Below, one piece after another: positions 1 through 12,874 of a stretch of DNA of 64,000 nt. Position 1 is the first letter of the stretch. Every line of letters starts with the position of its first letter. The stretch is from Chlorokybus atmophyticus (taxonomy: Eukaryota > Plantae > Mesostigma and Chlorokybus algae). The notes beneath the pieces were generated by a model that was given only the letters and a program-made list of their open reading frames with translations, was not told where the DNA came from and did no database searches. The stretch is taken from contig RHPI01001037.1 in NCBI GenBank assembly GCA_009103225.1, forward strand, positions 1,893,661-1,957,660. Reading direction: 5' to 3'. The position numbers were made by a program, and so were the translations under genes.

Positions 1-48
1 GAGCACGAGCGCGCAGGTACACACAGTTAACGCAAATGCTGCATTCAG

Positions 49-1230
49 GTGGCGCAGAGAGGGGAGTTGGATGGGGAGTCGACTTCGGATGAGGGTGAGG
101 ACTTCGACGAGGACGACGAAGAGGAGGGCAGGCAGAAGCATCTGTTCTACACTGAGGGCACGCAGGACCTGCGTCAGGCGCGGCTGCGCTTTGCAGAGTA
201 CTCCATCCCGCTCGCCGCCGCCCGCCTCGCGCGCGCCAAGCGCGTGTACGCAGACCCAGATGAGGACCCCGACCAGGAGACCGAAGCCGTCCTGGCCACC
301 GCGCGACGGCTCGCTAATGGAGCAAGTGAAATTGGCGATGACAGACCCCTTGCAGCGTGCACGCTCTCCCCTGACGGCTCCACACTCGTCACCAGGTGGG
401 TAGTTGCTCTTGATGATAGCATATTCGTCAGTGCACACCCGCAATCAACACTGTTGCTCTCTCATCATGTTGACATTGTCAAATGTCACACCATGTTAGC
501 TAGCAGTGGTATGTTGTGACTTGGTCATGATGTGACAAGATGGTCGAGCATTTTTATCAAGTAAAGATGTAATCACTGTAATGTAGTTTAGAGCGACATG
601 TTTTGATGGCTGGGTGTGTATATGTCCCACATCACTCGTGCGTGCAGTGGCTGGAGCGGGTTGACCAAGCTGTGGTCTGTGCCACATCTAAAGAAGCTCG
701 CTACTTTGCGCACGCATCAAGGTAAGGGCTTTGCTCACTTGAGTTGTGAATGTGACACATGCTGATGTTTGCGGTCATGTTGTGTGTTGCTTTCAGAGCG
801 GATAACGGGCGTGGCGTTTCATCCTGCTCTCAACTCTGGGTTGCCTGCTGATGGGCCAGCCATCGCCACTGCCTCAGCCGATGCCACTGCGAAGCTATGG
901 ACCATGGATGGTGCGTGAATTTGGTTGTTGTTTGCCAGTAACGTGTCCATTGCGTGCCAACATGTGTCTTGCATTGCAGGGACCCTGGTGCGTACCATAA
1001 AGGGTCATCTGGACCGGCTCGGCCGTATTGTGTTCCATCCTATGGGGCAGCATGTCGCAACCACAAGGTGTGTGCACGCGAAGCACACTCCTTGTATGTC
1101 AGGTTCATCCATTCATGCTGAGACTTGGGTTGTGAGTTTTTGACGTTCTGGTTTGCTTGCGGCAGTTATGACAAGACATGGCGCTTGTGGGATGTTGAAA
1201 CCGGGACTGAGTTGCTGTTGCAGGTGACAC

Positions 1231-1262
<32 letters not shown>

Positions 1263-2394
1263 GCCTGCGCGCGCATGCGCGCGCACACACACATGAATGA
1301 CAGCCTGCATTGCGTGTGACCATACTCGTGTACAATGTTGTGCGATGTCTCAGCTTGCTTGCCATTTGCAGGAGGGTAGCAGTCGCGCGGTTTACTCTGT
1401 GGCTTTCCAGGTTAGTGCTGGTCAGTAATTGTACGTTGGACATCGGTGTAGTGGCATGCGCTCTTGCGTGCACATGTATGACCATGGTGCAGAGGGATGG
1501 TGCTCTTGCGGTGTCGTGCGGGCTGGATGCGCTCGGTCGCGTGTGGGACTTGCGAACGGGCCGCAGCATTGTCTTACTTCAAGGACATGTCAAGCCGGTA
1601 TGTCTTTTTCTGGCACACATATGTTGGCTGCCTCATGTGCACGTCAGCAACCTCAAAGGACTGCAGCACTGGCTATGTTGTGTACGCTGGGCAGGTATTG
1701 GCAGTTGACTTCTCTCCCAATGGCTATCATGTCGCCACTGGCAGCGAGGACCATGCGGTCAGTGGCCTTACGCTGTGAGAGTTAAGTGCAATTACTCCCC
1801 TCTGACAGTCTATGCTGCTTAACCACAGGTCAAGATATGGGACCTCCGAAAGCGACAGTGCATGTACACCATCCCAGCGCATGCGCACCTCGTATCCCAG
1901 GCAAGTGCTGCAGCCCAATGTCACATGCACCTTGCACAGCCTGCATAGGTTTTCTTATAACTTGCATTGCTCCTCGGTGCAGGTGAAGTTTGAGCCACGG
2001 GACGGTCACTTCCTGGTCTCCAGCTCGTACGACAACACGGCCAAGGTACACACACAAGTTGGAACCCATCTGAGCTGATGGTTTGTGTTGGTGGTACAAT
2101 GCTCACCAGGTCGTAACCTGGCATAGGTGTGGTCGTCGTTGGACTTCAAGCTGGTGAAGATTCTGGTTGGTCACGAGAACAAGGTGATGGACGTGGACGT
2201 CGCAGCAGGTGAGGGGCTGCATACACATTTGTGCAGGTCCTTGAATGAGTTGCAGTGCGCATATGCTCAAGTTTGTAGGTTTTGCAGAAGGTGAACATCT
2301 TGTGACTGTCTCATACGACCGCACTCTCAAGCTGTGGACACCTGAGGCCGACCAAGAAAAACCTGCTGGCGATGAGCCAATGGAAGAGGGTTAG
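49..2394 (+). CDS. PRP4: U4/U6 snRNP protein Prp4 (WD40), multi-exon, 5' end lies outside the window
   Basis: Spliced GT-AG exons give LFYTEG...[112 protein letters not shown], the Prp4 PRP4-motif plus WD40 architecture; stop TAG at 2392-2394. Confidence 0.93.
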
Positions 2395-2558
2395 GGCTAA
2401 GTGCAGAACTGCCTAGCTACCTGAGGGAGTAGTTGTGTAGATCGTGGTATGTGTGCAACGTTGTTGTATCGTTCCCATCAGCCTGATTGCGACCCAAACA
2501 ACTCCATGACAGTGGTAAAGCTCCTCAGCATTGTATAGAGTACATGATACATACATAG

Positions 2559-5500
2559 CTAGTGGGAGTGTCTACTACCTGTCCTGCTAGATGAATATGC
2601 GGTGGCTGTAGGAGGTAAGTACGTATTATATTTATAATGCGAGCTGGTGGCTGAGTGCCCTGTTGCGGCGGACTGCACTGGAATGTCATCTTTGTGGCTA
2701 TACAATATGCGGGTCCCATCCGCAGGTGTGCTGGAAGATATTGTGTGCGTTGAATCCTTAGGCGCTGAGGTACTATATGACCTCTGCATCCAAGATGACA
2801 GTCAGGAGGTTGAATGATCGAGTAATGTCTCACAGCAAGTCGCACTACATGCACTTTATGTGATCCACAATAAGCATGAACTGGCCGGCAGTTTACGCAC
2901 CTGCGCTTGCCGTGACGCTGTGACTGCATGGTTTTGTGCAATGGCTTCCTGTAGAGAGTGACACCATGTCAGCTGCAACTGTTGAAAACTTGTGGCAACA
3001 TGGGAGGCACAAGGCAGCAGTGACGCCCTGGTTGTCAACAGCAGAATAGTGCATGAGTAGTTTGATGTGCAGTGTTAGAAGGCGCACCTGAAGTTTGGAA
3101 AGCTCGCAATGAAGAGCTGATATCTGCAGGTTTAGGGCCCACTCGTCTTCAGTTTCTGTTGGAGCTGTGGTCGGCGTGTGCCAGTCAGTATTGAATGTTG
3201 TCGTTTGGCTGCTGCTGGTTGGGAAACATGGTGGAGCAGAGTTCCATTCACTGTCCATGCCTCGAACAACAACCTCAGGCAGCCTGGTCGCTGATGCCTT
3301 GCCAGTGTCAATGGTGCTGACGCCAGGAAAGCCAGCTTTCTGCTTATGCAACTCACTTGGAAGCACTTTTGCATGCGCTTCACGCTCAGCAACCAACTCT
3401 CGTACTTGCTCGTGAGCATTGCGCAGTTGACTCAACTCCAGAGCCAAAGCATCCCTTTCTGTCTGCAGTTCCCGCAGAGTGTTGGCATGCGTGTGTTGCT
3501 GAGAAGCCCAGTGCTGTTGCGTTTGCTCAAAAACATTGCGCAATTCAACCAGCTCGGACTCAACAGCGTCCTTCTGCGTACGCAGCTCCCGCAGCGCACT
3601 CATGTGGGACTTCTGCTGCAATTCCAAACGCTGTTGCAACTCCTTGGTGGCTCTACGCAGCTGATCGACCTCAGACTCGAGAGCCTTGTTCTGCTCTTGA
3701 ACCTGTTCACGCGCGCTCTTGTGCACCTCCAGTTGTGACGCCAGCTGCTGCTGCGCTTGTTCATGAGCCTCCCTCAGCTGCGCAAGCTCAAACTCCATGC
3801 TTACTCGGCATGCTACCAGTTCCTGTCATGCAAGCCAACGCTTAACACATTGAGGATTGCATCATGTAACAGCGTTACCTGTGCATGAGCAAAAGACCTA
3901 CCTGGTCTGATACCTCTTTGTGGCACTGCGAGTCTGCCTCAAGCCGCTCACATGCGCCACGTACGTGCTGCACTTCCTTCTCATAGTTCTGCCGTTCCTT
4001 CAGCAGCTCTTCTCGAGCACTTGCAAGCTGCTGAGTGGTAGACTTCAGCTCCAGCCTTGCCTGAGGGTACCAAACGGAGTGAGTCTGTACAGTAACTAGA
4101 CTTGCACTGGAACATCCCCATAACACTAGGCTACAACTTGTGTGACACAGCATGCAAGAACAAGCTGGCGACCTGCTTGGCATCCGCCCTTAGTTGTTCA
4201 GCTTCCGCATGAGACTTGGAATGCTCGCTGAGCACTGCTGCATCAACCTGCGGAAACACGCAGATGTTGTCAACGCCATATGTCAACAACACCCTATGCG
4301 TCGGTTGTGAAGTCTGTTACGACATGCGGCTTGTGTGCACACCTCAGCATTTGATGTGCCAGCATTATAGGCAAGTGTGATTTACTAGCGACACATGTGC
4401 ATGAGCCATGTCCTGTGGTCCCATACCTCTCTGTGGAGCCGCAACTCTGCTTCAAGCCGCTCGCATGCGCTTCTTACGGACTGCAACTCCTTCTCGTAGT
4501 GTTGTCGTGCCTTCAGCAGCTCTTCTCGAACACTTGCCAGCTGCTGAGTCGTGGACTTCAGCTCCAAATTTGCCTGAGGGTATGAGACCTCATAACGGCA
4601 AGCTTGCGCTGGCCCATGGCCATGACACCTAATTGCAACTTGCAAAACATAGCATGCAAGATTGCAACATTGCTGGCCACCTGCTCAGCATCCGCCCTCA
4701 GTTGTTCAGCTTCAAGATTGGACTTGGAACGCTCGCTGAGCGCTGCTGCATTGGCCTGCAGTACCAAACACACGCGAGACGTCAGCAACAAAACACCCAA
4801 GGCCTGTTCTACACAAGTGTGACGTAATGTGCGCACTGAGCGCGCACCTCAGCAAATGCCTTCTGTTCCTGTATCAACCTAGACTCTGCGTCTGCCAGAG
4901 CAATCCGCAAGCCCTCCACCTGCTTTTGCATGTCACTCTGGCATGCTTGCAGAGCCTGTGAGGCATCGCAAGGCGCATCAGCCACACGCATGTAGACATC
5001 TGGCGTGAATGAGTTGCAAGCATGAGTCGAACCTTTTCATGGGCTTGCTTCAGAAAGTCTATGTGGCTGTCTCCTTCCACTTGTACACCGTGCAGGGAGT
5101 CAATCTGCGTTTGCAACTGCACCACATTCTGGCGTAGTTTCCTGATCTCCTCCTGGAGTTTCAGGACCTCCGCTTGCAAGACATCAATGCGAGCTTGCAT
5201 CTGCTCCTTCTGTGTAAGCAGACTTGCTTGGAGCTCGTTCTCGCGTGTCCTTAGGGCTGCTTGTAGCGACTGCAGGCCTACCCTAAGATCAGTTTCCAAT
5301 GCTCCTGCCGGTAGTGGATACTTGATAAGTCGACTGATATAATATAGGCAGCATCTACCATGTACACATGGCGGTATGTCTTACGCTGGGAGGCGAGATG
5401 CTCACTCTGTCGGCGCTCTTGGTTCTGCTTTTCCTCCAGCCGCGAGGTGTACATATCTTCCAGCTGCCAGCACCAGATTTATCAAGAAGACCGGCACACA

Positions 5501-8069
5501 CACATGTACAATATTCAGTTCAACATAGGGATACAGATAGCCACCTTGCTCATTAGCGTAGCCAGTGTCTCTTCGGTGGCAGCAGACGCGGAGGTCTGAC
5601 ACGCAGCATCACAACAAGTAACGGGTCGCGTGCTGGCTGCGTCTCCATGATAATGCTCGGCTTCGCTGCAGCTATCGTCATCATCGCCCAGCCCAAGAGC
5701 AGAAACCCAGTCGGCAGCAGCACGCGCACCCCCGCGCATGGGCGCGTCCAGCACTGCCATGGATGACACTGGGGACGTTGCACGGGACACCTCTTGCGGA
5801 GATGGTGTCTGGGGTCCCTCCAAAGACGGTGTCGCAGAGGGCTGTGCTGCTTTGCCTCCTGTCACGCCCAAATTGTGGGCGCGTGGCTGGCTGTTATTGT
5901 GGCCAGGCTGTGCATGCGGTTGCCTGCTGGATGCCTGCTGACTGCTGGCAATGCGCTCCTGCTGTGCCGCTTCATGTTTGCGGCGGTCGCGCGCGTCCGC
6001 ATCAATTTCTTCCCTCAAACGCTTGCATTCTTGGCGCTCCAGCTCTGCTTCCTGCTGTGCTTCACGCAAAGACCGCTCGAGCTGCTGTTTGCTTCTCCGC
6101 TCCATATCCTGATAAGCACCAACACATTTGCAGAGTTCGACTTGGCCCGTGGACTCGGCAGCTAGTCAGTGAGTTGTGTGAGAGCAAATTGCGGATGTGA
6201 ACATGTACAGGTGACTAACCAGTTGAGCCTGCATGCGATGATTGTCGCTCTCAAGGCTTTCACGCACACGCCTGAGCTCGTCATCAAAATGCGCAGCAGC
6301 TCGCGAGCCGTCCAAAGTGTTTAGCTCTTGCACCTGCACCACAACTAGTCAGCACAACCCCGACAGGATGCGCACACGTGTGGAACAACATACAGCACCG
6401 CGACATGAGCACACGCACCCGCTCTTCAAGCCACCTGATGTGCAAGGATGTCTGGTGTTGGTGCACTTCGAACTGGGCCGTGTGCGCATCAAGCTCTTGC
6501 GTTCGTGCTTGGCTAGTCGCGAGTTCGTCCTCGAGCGTTCTGCAGCGCTCGCGAAGCTGATGCAACTCAACCTGCGACAAGTGAAAGTTGCTGGTGCGAT
6601 TAGCACAGTGACTGGCACATCCAACAGAAACTCACCTGCGAGTTTTCTTGCTCCTTTTCCCACTTGCTCGCCTCAGCTGTTGCCTGGTCCACAATGCTTT
6701 TCATGTCATTGAGCTCGTTGTCATGTTGTTGACTCTGGTCGTTGGCACTTGTGTCAGCACACGCCAGGCAAGCACTGAATGTACCAGCGAAACAACTCAA
6801 CGAGCGTTTGCTGCTTACCAACCGCTCTATTTCAGTCTTCAATTCCTGCACCTCTCGGCTCTTCGCTTGATATAGAAGCCGACTTTCTGTGCTCTCCAAA
6901 CACAGGCGCTCCCTTTCTTCCTTTGCAACAGCTGCAGAAGCCTCTGAAAGCCTCTTCACCTGAGTTGGATCATGCGCATGTCAACCAACGACACACGTTA
7001 GTGCATGTGCTCTTAACAATGTAGAAACAATACAACACCCGCGGCATGCCTGTTGCAGGGAGGCGTCTGCATTCCGACATTCTGCGGCGGCAGCTTCAGC
7101 TGCGCGGAGGTGGCTGCGGGCTTCGGCAACAGCTTTGGAGGCAATCTCGCCGCGAAGCATGTCGAGGGAGCCATGGAGGTGCGCGTTGGAGAGTTTGGCT
7201 GCGTGCTCGAGGTCCTGCACGCGCGCTTTTAGCTGCTCCACGTTGTCCTCGCTGGCGGCCAGCTGCGCTCGCAACGCGGTCACGTAGTCCGCCGCGGTGT
7301 CCACCGCGTTCTGCGAGAATTGCAAGGCAAAGCGGAGCTCTGCCACTCTGCGCTGCAACCGCTCCTGCACCAGGGAGCCACATGCGGCTCATATCACAAT
7401 TGCGCCTACCCAACAACTGGTGTAGCAACGCAGCAAGTCATGCACAGTCTGTGATACGACCAGTGTTGCGTTAGCAAACGCACATTGGCAATATACGAAC
7501 ACATGCAGCCATATGTAAATGTAGCGTACTGTGCTGGGCATTGGCTTATCACAAGCCTGTTATGTTGTAACAGGGCAAGGGGAGATGTTTGCACGCACCT
7601 CATCCGCACTGGGCAGCACTGTGGCAAGTAAGCTATCGTTTGAGGCTGTGGGAGTCGCGCCGGAGTTTGTAGGTGTCGTGATTTCTCTCCCACGACCACG
7701 CTCACCTCCATGCCCATGCACGAAGCGGCGCTGCCCAACATGCTCCATGCAGGCGCTGCCGGCAGGACTGGCCATGTCGCCCATGCTCAACAAAAAAGAT
7801 ATCAACAGCCACTGCTAGCTATTACCTTGTGCACGTAAGAAACCACCAGAAAACTGCTAGCAGTAACCTCCTTGCCGTTGCCTGGTCCAAACGGCTTTCA
7901 GCGGCCTCCATGCAGCTGAACAAATCAACAACCCCTAGACAAAACCCTAACACAATGCACCTAACGCTCCAGCTTCCGTGCGTAGCTGATCACCCGTACA
8001 TCTCCGTACGCATAAGGCTCTCCTCCTTCCAGTCCAACTCCCCAAGCACCGTCGGCGACGGCGCCCATG
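2559..8069 (-). CDS. Large multi-exon coiled-coil protein of unknown function (5' boundary uncertain)
   Basis: Chain of minus-strand ORF segments rich in E/Q/L/A/R heptads (2893-3798, 3875-4183, 4385-4645, 4874-5299, 5515-6105, 6284-6580, 6600-6959, 6981-7370, 7560-7805) bounded by GT/AG sites; last exon ends at the stop at 2559. No family motif recognised; the start codon is a guess. Confidence 0.7.
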
Positions 8070-8248
8070 GCGCCAGCCTCCTCGCCGCAGACGCACGCGC
8101 CGCAGACGCACAGCTGCTGCTGGCTTTCTGTTTCCCGCGTTTTTTGCTTCTCGCGCTCGTTTAGGGTTTCCGTTGCGCTCTCCTCACGTGATTGCGATTG
8201 CTGTTGTTTACTTTATTTAGCGTTAGATCACAACCACTATCAGTTGGA

Positions 8249-8322
8249 GCGATGGTGGTGTAGTTGGTTATCACGCTAGTCTCACACACTAGAGGTCCCG
8301 GGATCGAACCCCGGCCGTCGTA
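8249..8322 (+). tRNA. tRNA-Val (anticodon CAC)
   Basis: GCGATGG TGGTGTAGTTGGTTATCACG CTAGT CT-CAC-AC ACTAG AGGTC CCGGG ATCGAAC CCCGG CCGTCGT A folds into a cloverleaf; body closely matches plant tRNA-Val(CAC); a T4 run follows at ~8329. Confidence 0.93.
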
Positions 8323-8582
8323 ACCTATCTTTTGTGCCCGTTCTGGAGATTTGGGCAATTCACTTTTGTCCCCGTTCTTGTTGACATGAATTTGTTGGCC
8401 AGCGTGCCGACGTGGCACAAGTCACGTGACCACCACGGCGGCGGCGGCGGGAGGAGGCAGCTCCAGGCCGACCGTATTGCTGCTACTGCCATCATCGCCG
8501 TCGTTCCCAACGCCATGAGCAGCGTAGACGACGCGCGTCTTCCAAGATGAGCCATGCATAGGCCGTTGTCGCCACCATCACC

Positions 8583-11574
8583 ATGGAGGCCGCCGAGCCC
8601 GAGTTGGAGACCTTCGCTGCCGGCGATGACGGCAACGAAGGCGACATCGGCGACATCGGCAAGGACCTGGTGACGGCTGCGCTGCATAGCGACAGCTGGC
8701 AGGCCTCCTCCCACCGCTTGTCTCCCACCCCATCAACCGACTCAGATGATGACGACAGAGGGGATCGCCCGTCATCGCCCAGGATGGCCTCCATGGAGAC
8801 ATCTCTGACCACCATGGCGAGGTTCTCTCTGGGGCCAGAGGATGATGATATTCAAAGCAGCGAGTTTGTCACTTTTGGAGACGGATGGTGGCCAGGCATC
8901 GATGAGGGGTCTCTTGTGCTTAGCCCCCCACCAACAAAGCCAACAACAACATCTGTGACGACAATAACAAAGAACACGACAACTATAGCAACGACAACAG
9001 CAGCCAACAAAACAATTCCTTCAATAACAACACCGGCGCCAGTCACGACAGGTGCATGGAAAGCAACAAACATCATCTACGCATACGCACACACACGTTG
9101 TTCTGCATGCACCTCTGAAGCGCTTGCTTCAGGTGTTGAAGAGCTGCGCACGTCCATAGATATGAGCGCGCACCTGGTGGTGTTGGCACCGAATGTGCTG
9201 CTTGACGTAGCTCAGGATAACGATGATGGCGATGAAGAACCGCACAAAAAGTCCTCAAGGTGGACACGCTGGCTTGCACGTGCGCACACTCTGAGACGGA
9301 ACTCACACACCGACAACAGTACGCGTGCACATACGTGCTGAGTTGATTGTCTGTATGCAAGTGGTGCATGCGTGAAGGTTGCGTTGCATGCAGGGACCCG
9401 TGTGGTCGTCATCGGCGTGGACACGGCCGCGGGCGAGAGCGTTGCTCGCCATCTCCTTCAGGTAAGTCTTATAATGTGTGTCAGCACACACGCCACCACC
9501 ACCCCTCCGATCCACCCAACATCTGACATGTGTGCATGTACCGCGCGAGCAGGACGAGCAGTTCCACGTGGTCATCGCCATCCCGTCCCCCTCCTCTCTC
9601 ACAACGTACCACCAATCGCACATAGTTGATCTCTCCTTCTCCCCACACCTCACACCCGCGCTGGACGACCTCAGAGACATAGGCGCCACCATACGTGTTG
9701 TGAGTGACACAACCAGTTTATCTCTCATGTTGGTAATTTTGTACAGTATCTGACCTTGCAGGCTCATTCAGGTGGACTTTATGGACCCTCACGCGTTGGC
9801 GCGTGTGCTGCGGGGAGCTGCGGGGGTGTATTATGGTGAGGGGTACAACATGGCCGACCCGCAGCCGGAGATCGAGCGCGGGTGCATGCTGGCTCAGGTG
9901 TGTACTATTCTACGGGCGTACGTAAGCGGTGATGTGTTGTCGTACGGGTTGCGGCTATGAAACAGTTTGTGGGTGCAGATGGCGAAGTATGTGGGCATCC
10001 CGCACTTGATATATGCATCGCTTGAACATGTCAGGTGAGGGCATTGGCCACACTGTTGCTGCCATGGCTGCCAACCCGCCCGTATGCGCACGCCCGTGTG
10101 TGGGTGTGCATGCGTGCTTGTGTGCATGTGTGTGAGTGTGTCTCTCATGCGTGCATCTCTTAGGAAGATGAGGTTTAAGGACCTGCCACGGTTAACGACT
10201 CCCAGCGGGACGTGGGTGGTCCCGCATTGGGATGCAAAAGGCACCGTTGAGGACTACATGCGCACGTGAGGATCGACACTCTCTCACATGCATGTTGAGA
10301 ACCCAACACGTTACCAACCAACTGCCTTCTCAGGCTCAAGTTGCCCGCCACGTATCTACGCATGCCAATCCTCTATCACGAGCTCCTCGACGGGGCCCTC
10401 ATGACAATGCTGCCAGAGGGGAACCACTGCCAAGTACGTTGTGAACAACACAACATGTCACACACAACCACAACAATACACCAATTTCCCAACTAGGTGT
10501 CCATGCCGTTGGAGTCTAGCACGATGGTGTGCGCCATGGCGGCGGGTGATGTGGGCGGCTGCGTGAGGGCGATGTTGCTGGAGCCAAGTGGATACATTGG
10601 TCGCACCGTCGGACTGGCGGGGTCCAAACTCCCCGTCGCGGTGTACGTGAAGCTCCTCTCGCAACATGTGGCACTACCGCTCAGGTACAGCCACATGACC
10701 AGAGAAGAGTACATACGCCTTGCTCCCAACCTCACCACGTCCACGGCGTTTGCAAATATGTTCGACTTCATGCGACACCACCCGTCATGGTGAGTGTGTG
10801 CATATGAGCGCGCGCGCATGTGCTTACATGTGTAGCTGCACGCGTGTATGTGCGTGTGCGTGCACGCTCGTACACGTGGATGTGCATGTGTGTGTAGGTG
10901 CCAGCACAAATGTGCCCGCATGAGCGTGTGCGTCCGTGTATGTATGTTGGCAATAGGAGAACTGAGCTGTGTGTCTCATGTGATAGTTGGAGGCGAAGTG
11001 TGGAGGAGACCCGAACGATACACCCTGACACGCAGAGCTTTGCCGACTGGTGCGCCAGTGACGACTCCCATGTCACCGCCGTGCTCAACGACAACAACGC
11101 TAACACCAGAAGCAAGCGTAGCACAAGTGGCAAGAGCGGCGTGCTCGCAGCCCCGCACCTGCAGCGCGTCCTCACACGCAAGGTGCGCGCAGACAATACC
11201 CAGCACGTGTGTGCCGCGTGTTGTTGTTGTTATGTGACACGTGTGCGCATGCGTGTGCTGTAGACGGCGACGGTGCACGCGAGTGGCAATCTGGCGCACT
11301 ACGCGGACATGCTGGCGCTGTCGGGCTGCGACCACAGGCACAAAAGGTACGCACGCGCACGCTACACACCTACATAGTTTGGTACTCAGTTTACAACCCA
11401 CACCCTACAACTGACTCGGCACACAGGCAGTACACACGGCGGTGGCGCGAGCTGCGTGCGGTGGTCGGCGAGCACTTTTTGGCAAAGGCGGCGTTCCCGC
11501 GCCCGACCGACGACCCCGAATTCTCGGACGAGTGGCCGCTCAAGGACCAAGACGGAGAGCGACTGCAGGCTTAG
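8583..11574 (+). CDS. NmrA-like (atypical SDR) family protein with acidic/Thr-rich N-terminal extension, multi-exon
   Basis: Exons encode RVVVIGVDTAAGESVARHLL, VDFMDPHALARVLRGAAGVY, VPHWDAKGTVEDYMR, MPLESSTMVCAMAAGDVGGCVRAMLLEPSGYIGRTVGLAG..FANMFDF, TQSFADW, matching the NmrA/HSCARG layout; spliced reading frame closes at TAG 11572-11574. Confidence 0.8.
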
Positions 11575-11977
11575 GGGACAAGGAGAACACATGGCACATG
11601 AATATGGCTTGACACGTTGACTCCTGCGACTATCAATCAGTCTATCCATATGTATACACCTGTGTGAACCTCCGCACTATGGGATGTCCCATCAATTCTT
11701 GCGTGTGCTCCACTGTGTGACGTACGTGGTTGTTACACCTCTTCCTGCTGCTATGTTGAGGAACAGACCATGCGACAAAAGCAGTAGTAGCAATAGACAC
11801 GTACAAACGGCTGTACGTGTGCACTCATGGGCACACACACACTTTAGTGCAGGCGTGACTGCTCGTACTCAACCCTCGGGGGCATACATCTTCCGCAACA
11901 GCATGCGGGCTAAGGACACACGGTCTATGCACACAATGGAGGCATGTTGGTTCGCGTACTGGGTGCGCTTACAGTCA

Positions 11978-12701
11978 TCACATCTGTCTGGTGTTGGGAC
12001 TGCTGCGTGCGCAACGTACTCCCGCCACACGGCTCTCTGCGGGTTGTGACAAGGGTGCTAGATGCGGCGATGGTGTTGTTATTGTTACACTTGCGAGTCG
12101 GGCTGCTGACCCGCTGCCACTGTTGGTAACTCCAAAATCATCCTCATCCTCATCCTTATCCTCATCCTCATCGTCATCATCATCTTCTTGCTCCTCCTCT
12201 AGGCCATCGCTGCCGTCGCTGTCACCATCAGTCTCATCCTCATCGTCGTCATCTTCTTCATCACCGTCGCCCTCTTGATCTTCATCAAAGCACTTGAGCA
12301 CAATCACATAGACATACGCATGCACGCACACACATATGCGCTTACCCATCTGCATCTTCTCGCGCAGAAGCTGCCGAAACGCCAGCGCCGTGACGTCCTG
12401 AGGCTGAAGCAGCAACACTGCAGCAGAGAGGATTATTCTGGTTACAACTTTTTCACCTATTACCATTCTACGTATTTACATGTGCTTGCCAGCTGTGCGC
12501 ACCTTTCTCGTTGGCGGAGGCGGCGTCGGCGAAGCGCGGCGGGTCCGCCCTTAGGTGCGCAGCCATCTCCCGCCGCAGCTCCACGGCCAGCAGCTCTCTC
12601 CCCTTTGCCCATCCAACCATCCTCGTGTCACTGCTGCCACTGCGGCTGCGCCACGCCACGTCAACCCCGCCAACGATGCCGCCGCCCACGCCGCCAGCCA
12701 C
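11978..12701 (-). CDS. Hypothetical protein with long Asp/Glu tract (3 or more exons; 3' end uncertain)
   Basis: ORF segments 12468-12701 and 11978-12466 join through in-frame GT-AG junctions (..ANEK/VLLLQPQD..EKMQM/DQEGDGDEEDDD); divergent from the PGP synthase gene with ~170 bp between starts. Confidence 0.55.
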
Positions 12702-12874
12702 GCCCAGGTCACGTGACCAGCAGCTCGAACCGGTTGTACAATTTGGTTTGCAAGTGCTGAAACGCTACCGGATCGGTCGAACAGGACGAAGTGGGTAGGG
12801 TTAGAGGTGTTGTTGGTGAGGTGGACAGCGTTGGCGGCGGCGGCGGCGGTGGTGAGCACGCACTCCGACGGGCC

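Noticed and set aside
2391-2396. TTAGGG at the PRP4 stop codon as an interstitial telomere
   Set aside because: Single hexamer, expected by chance.
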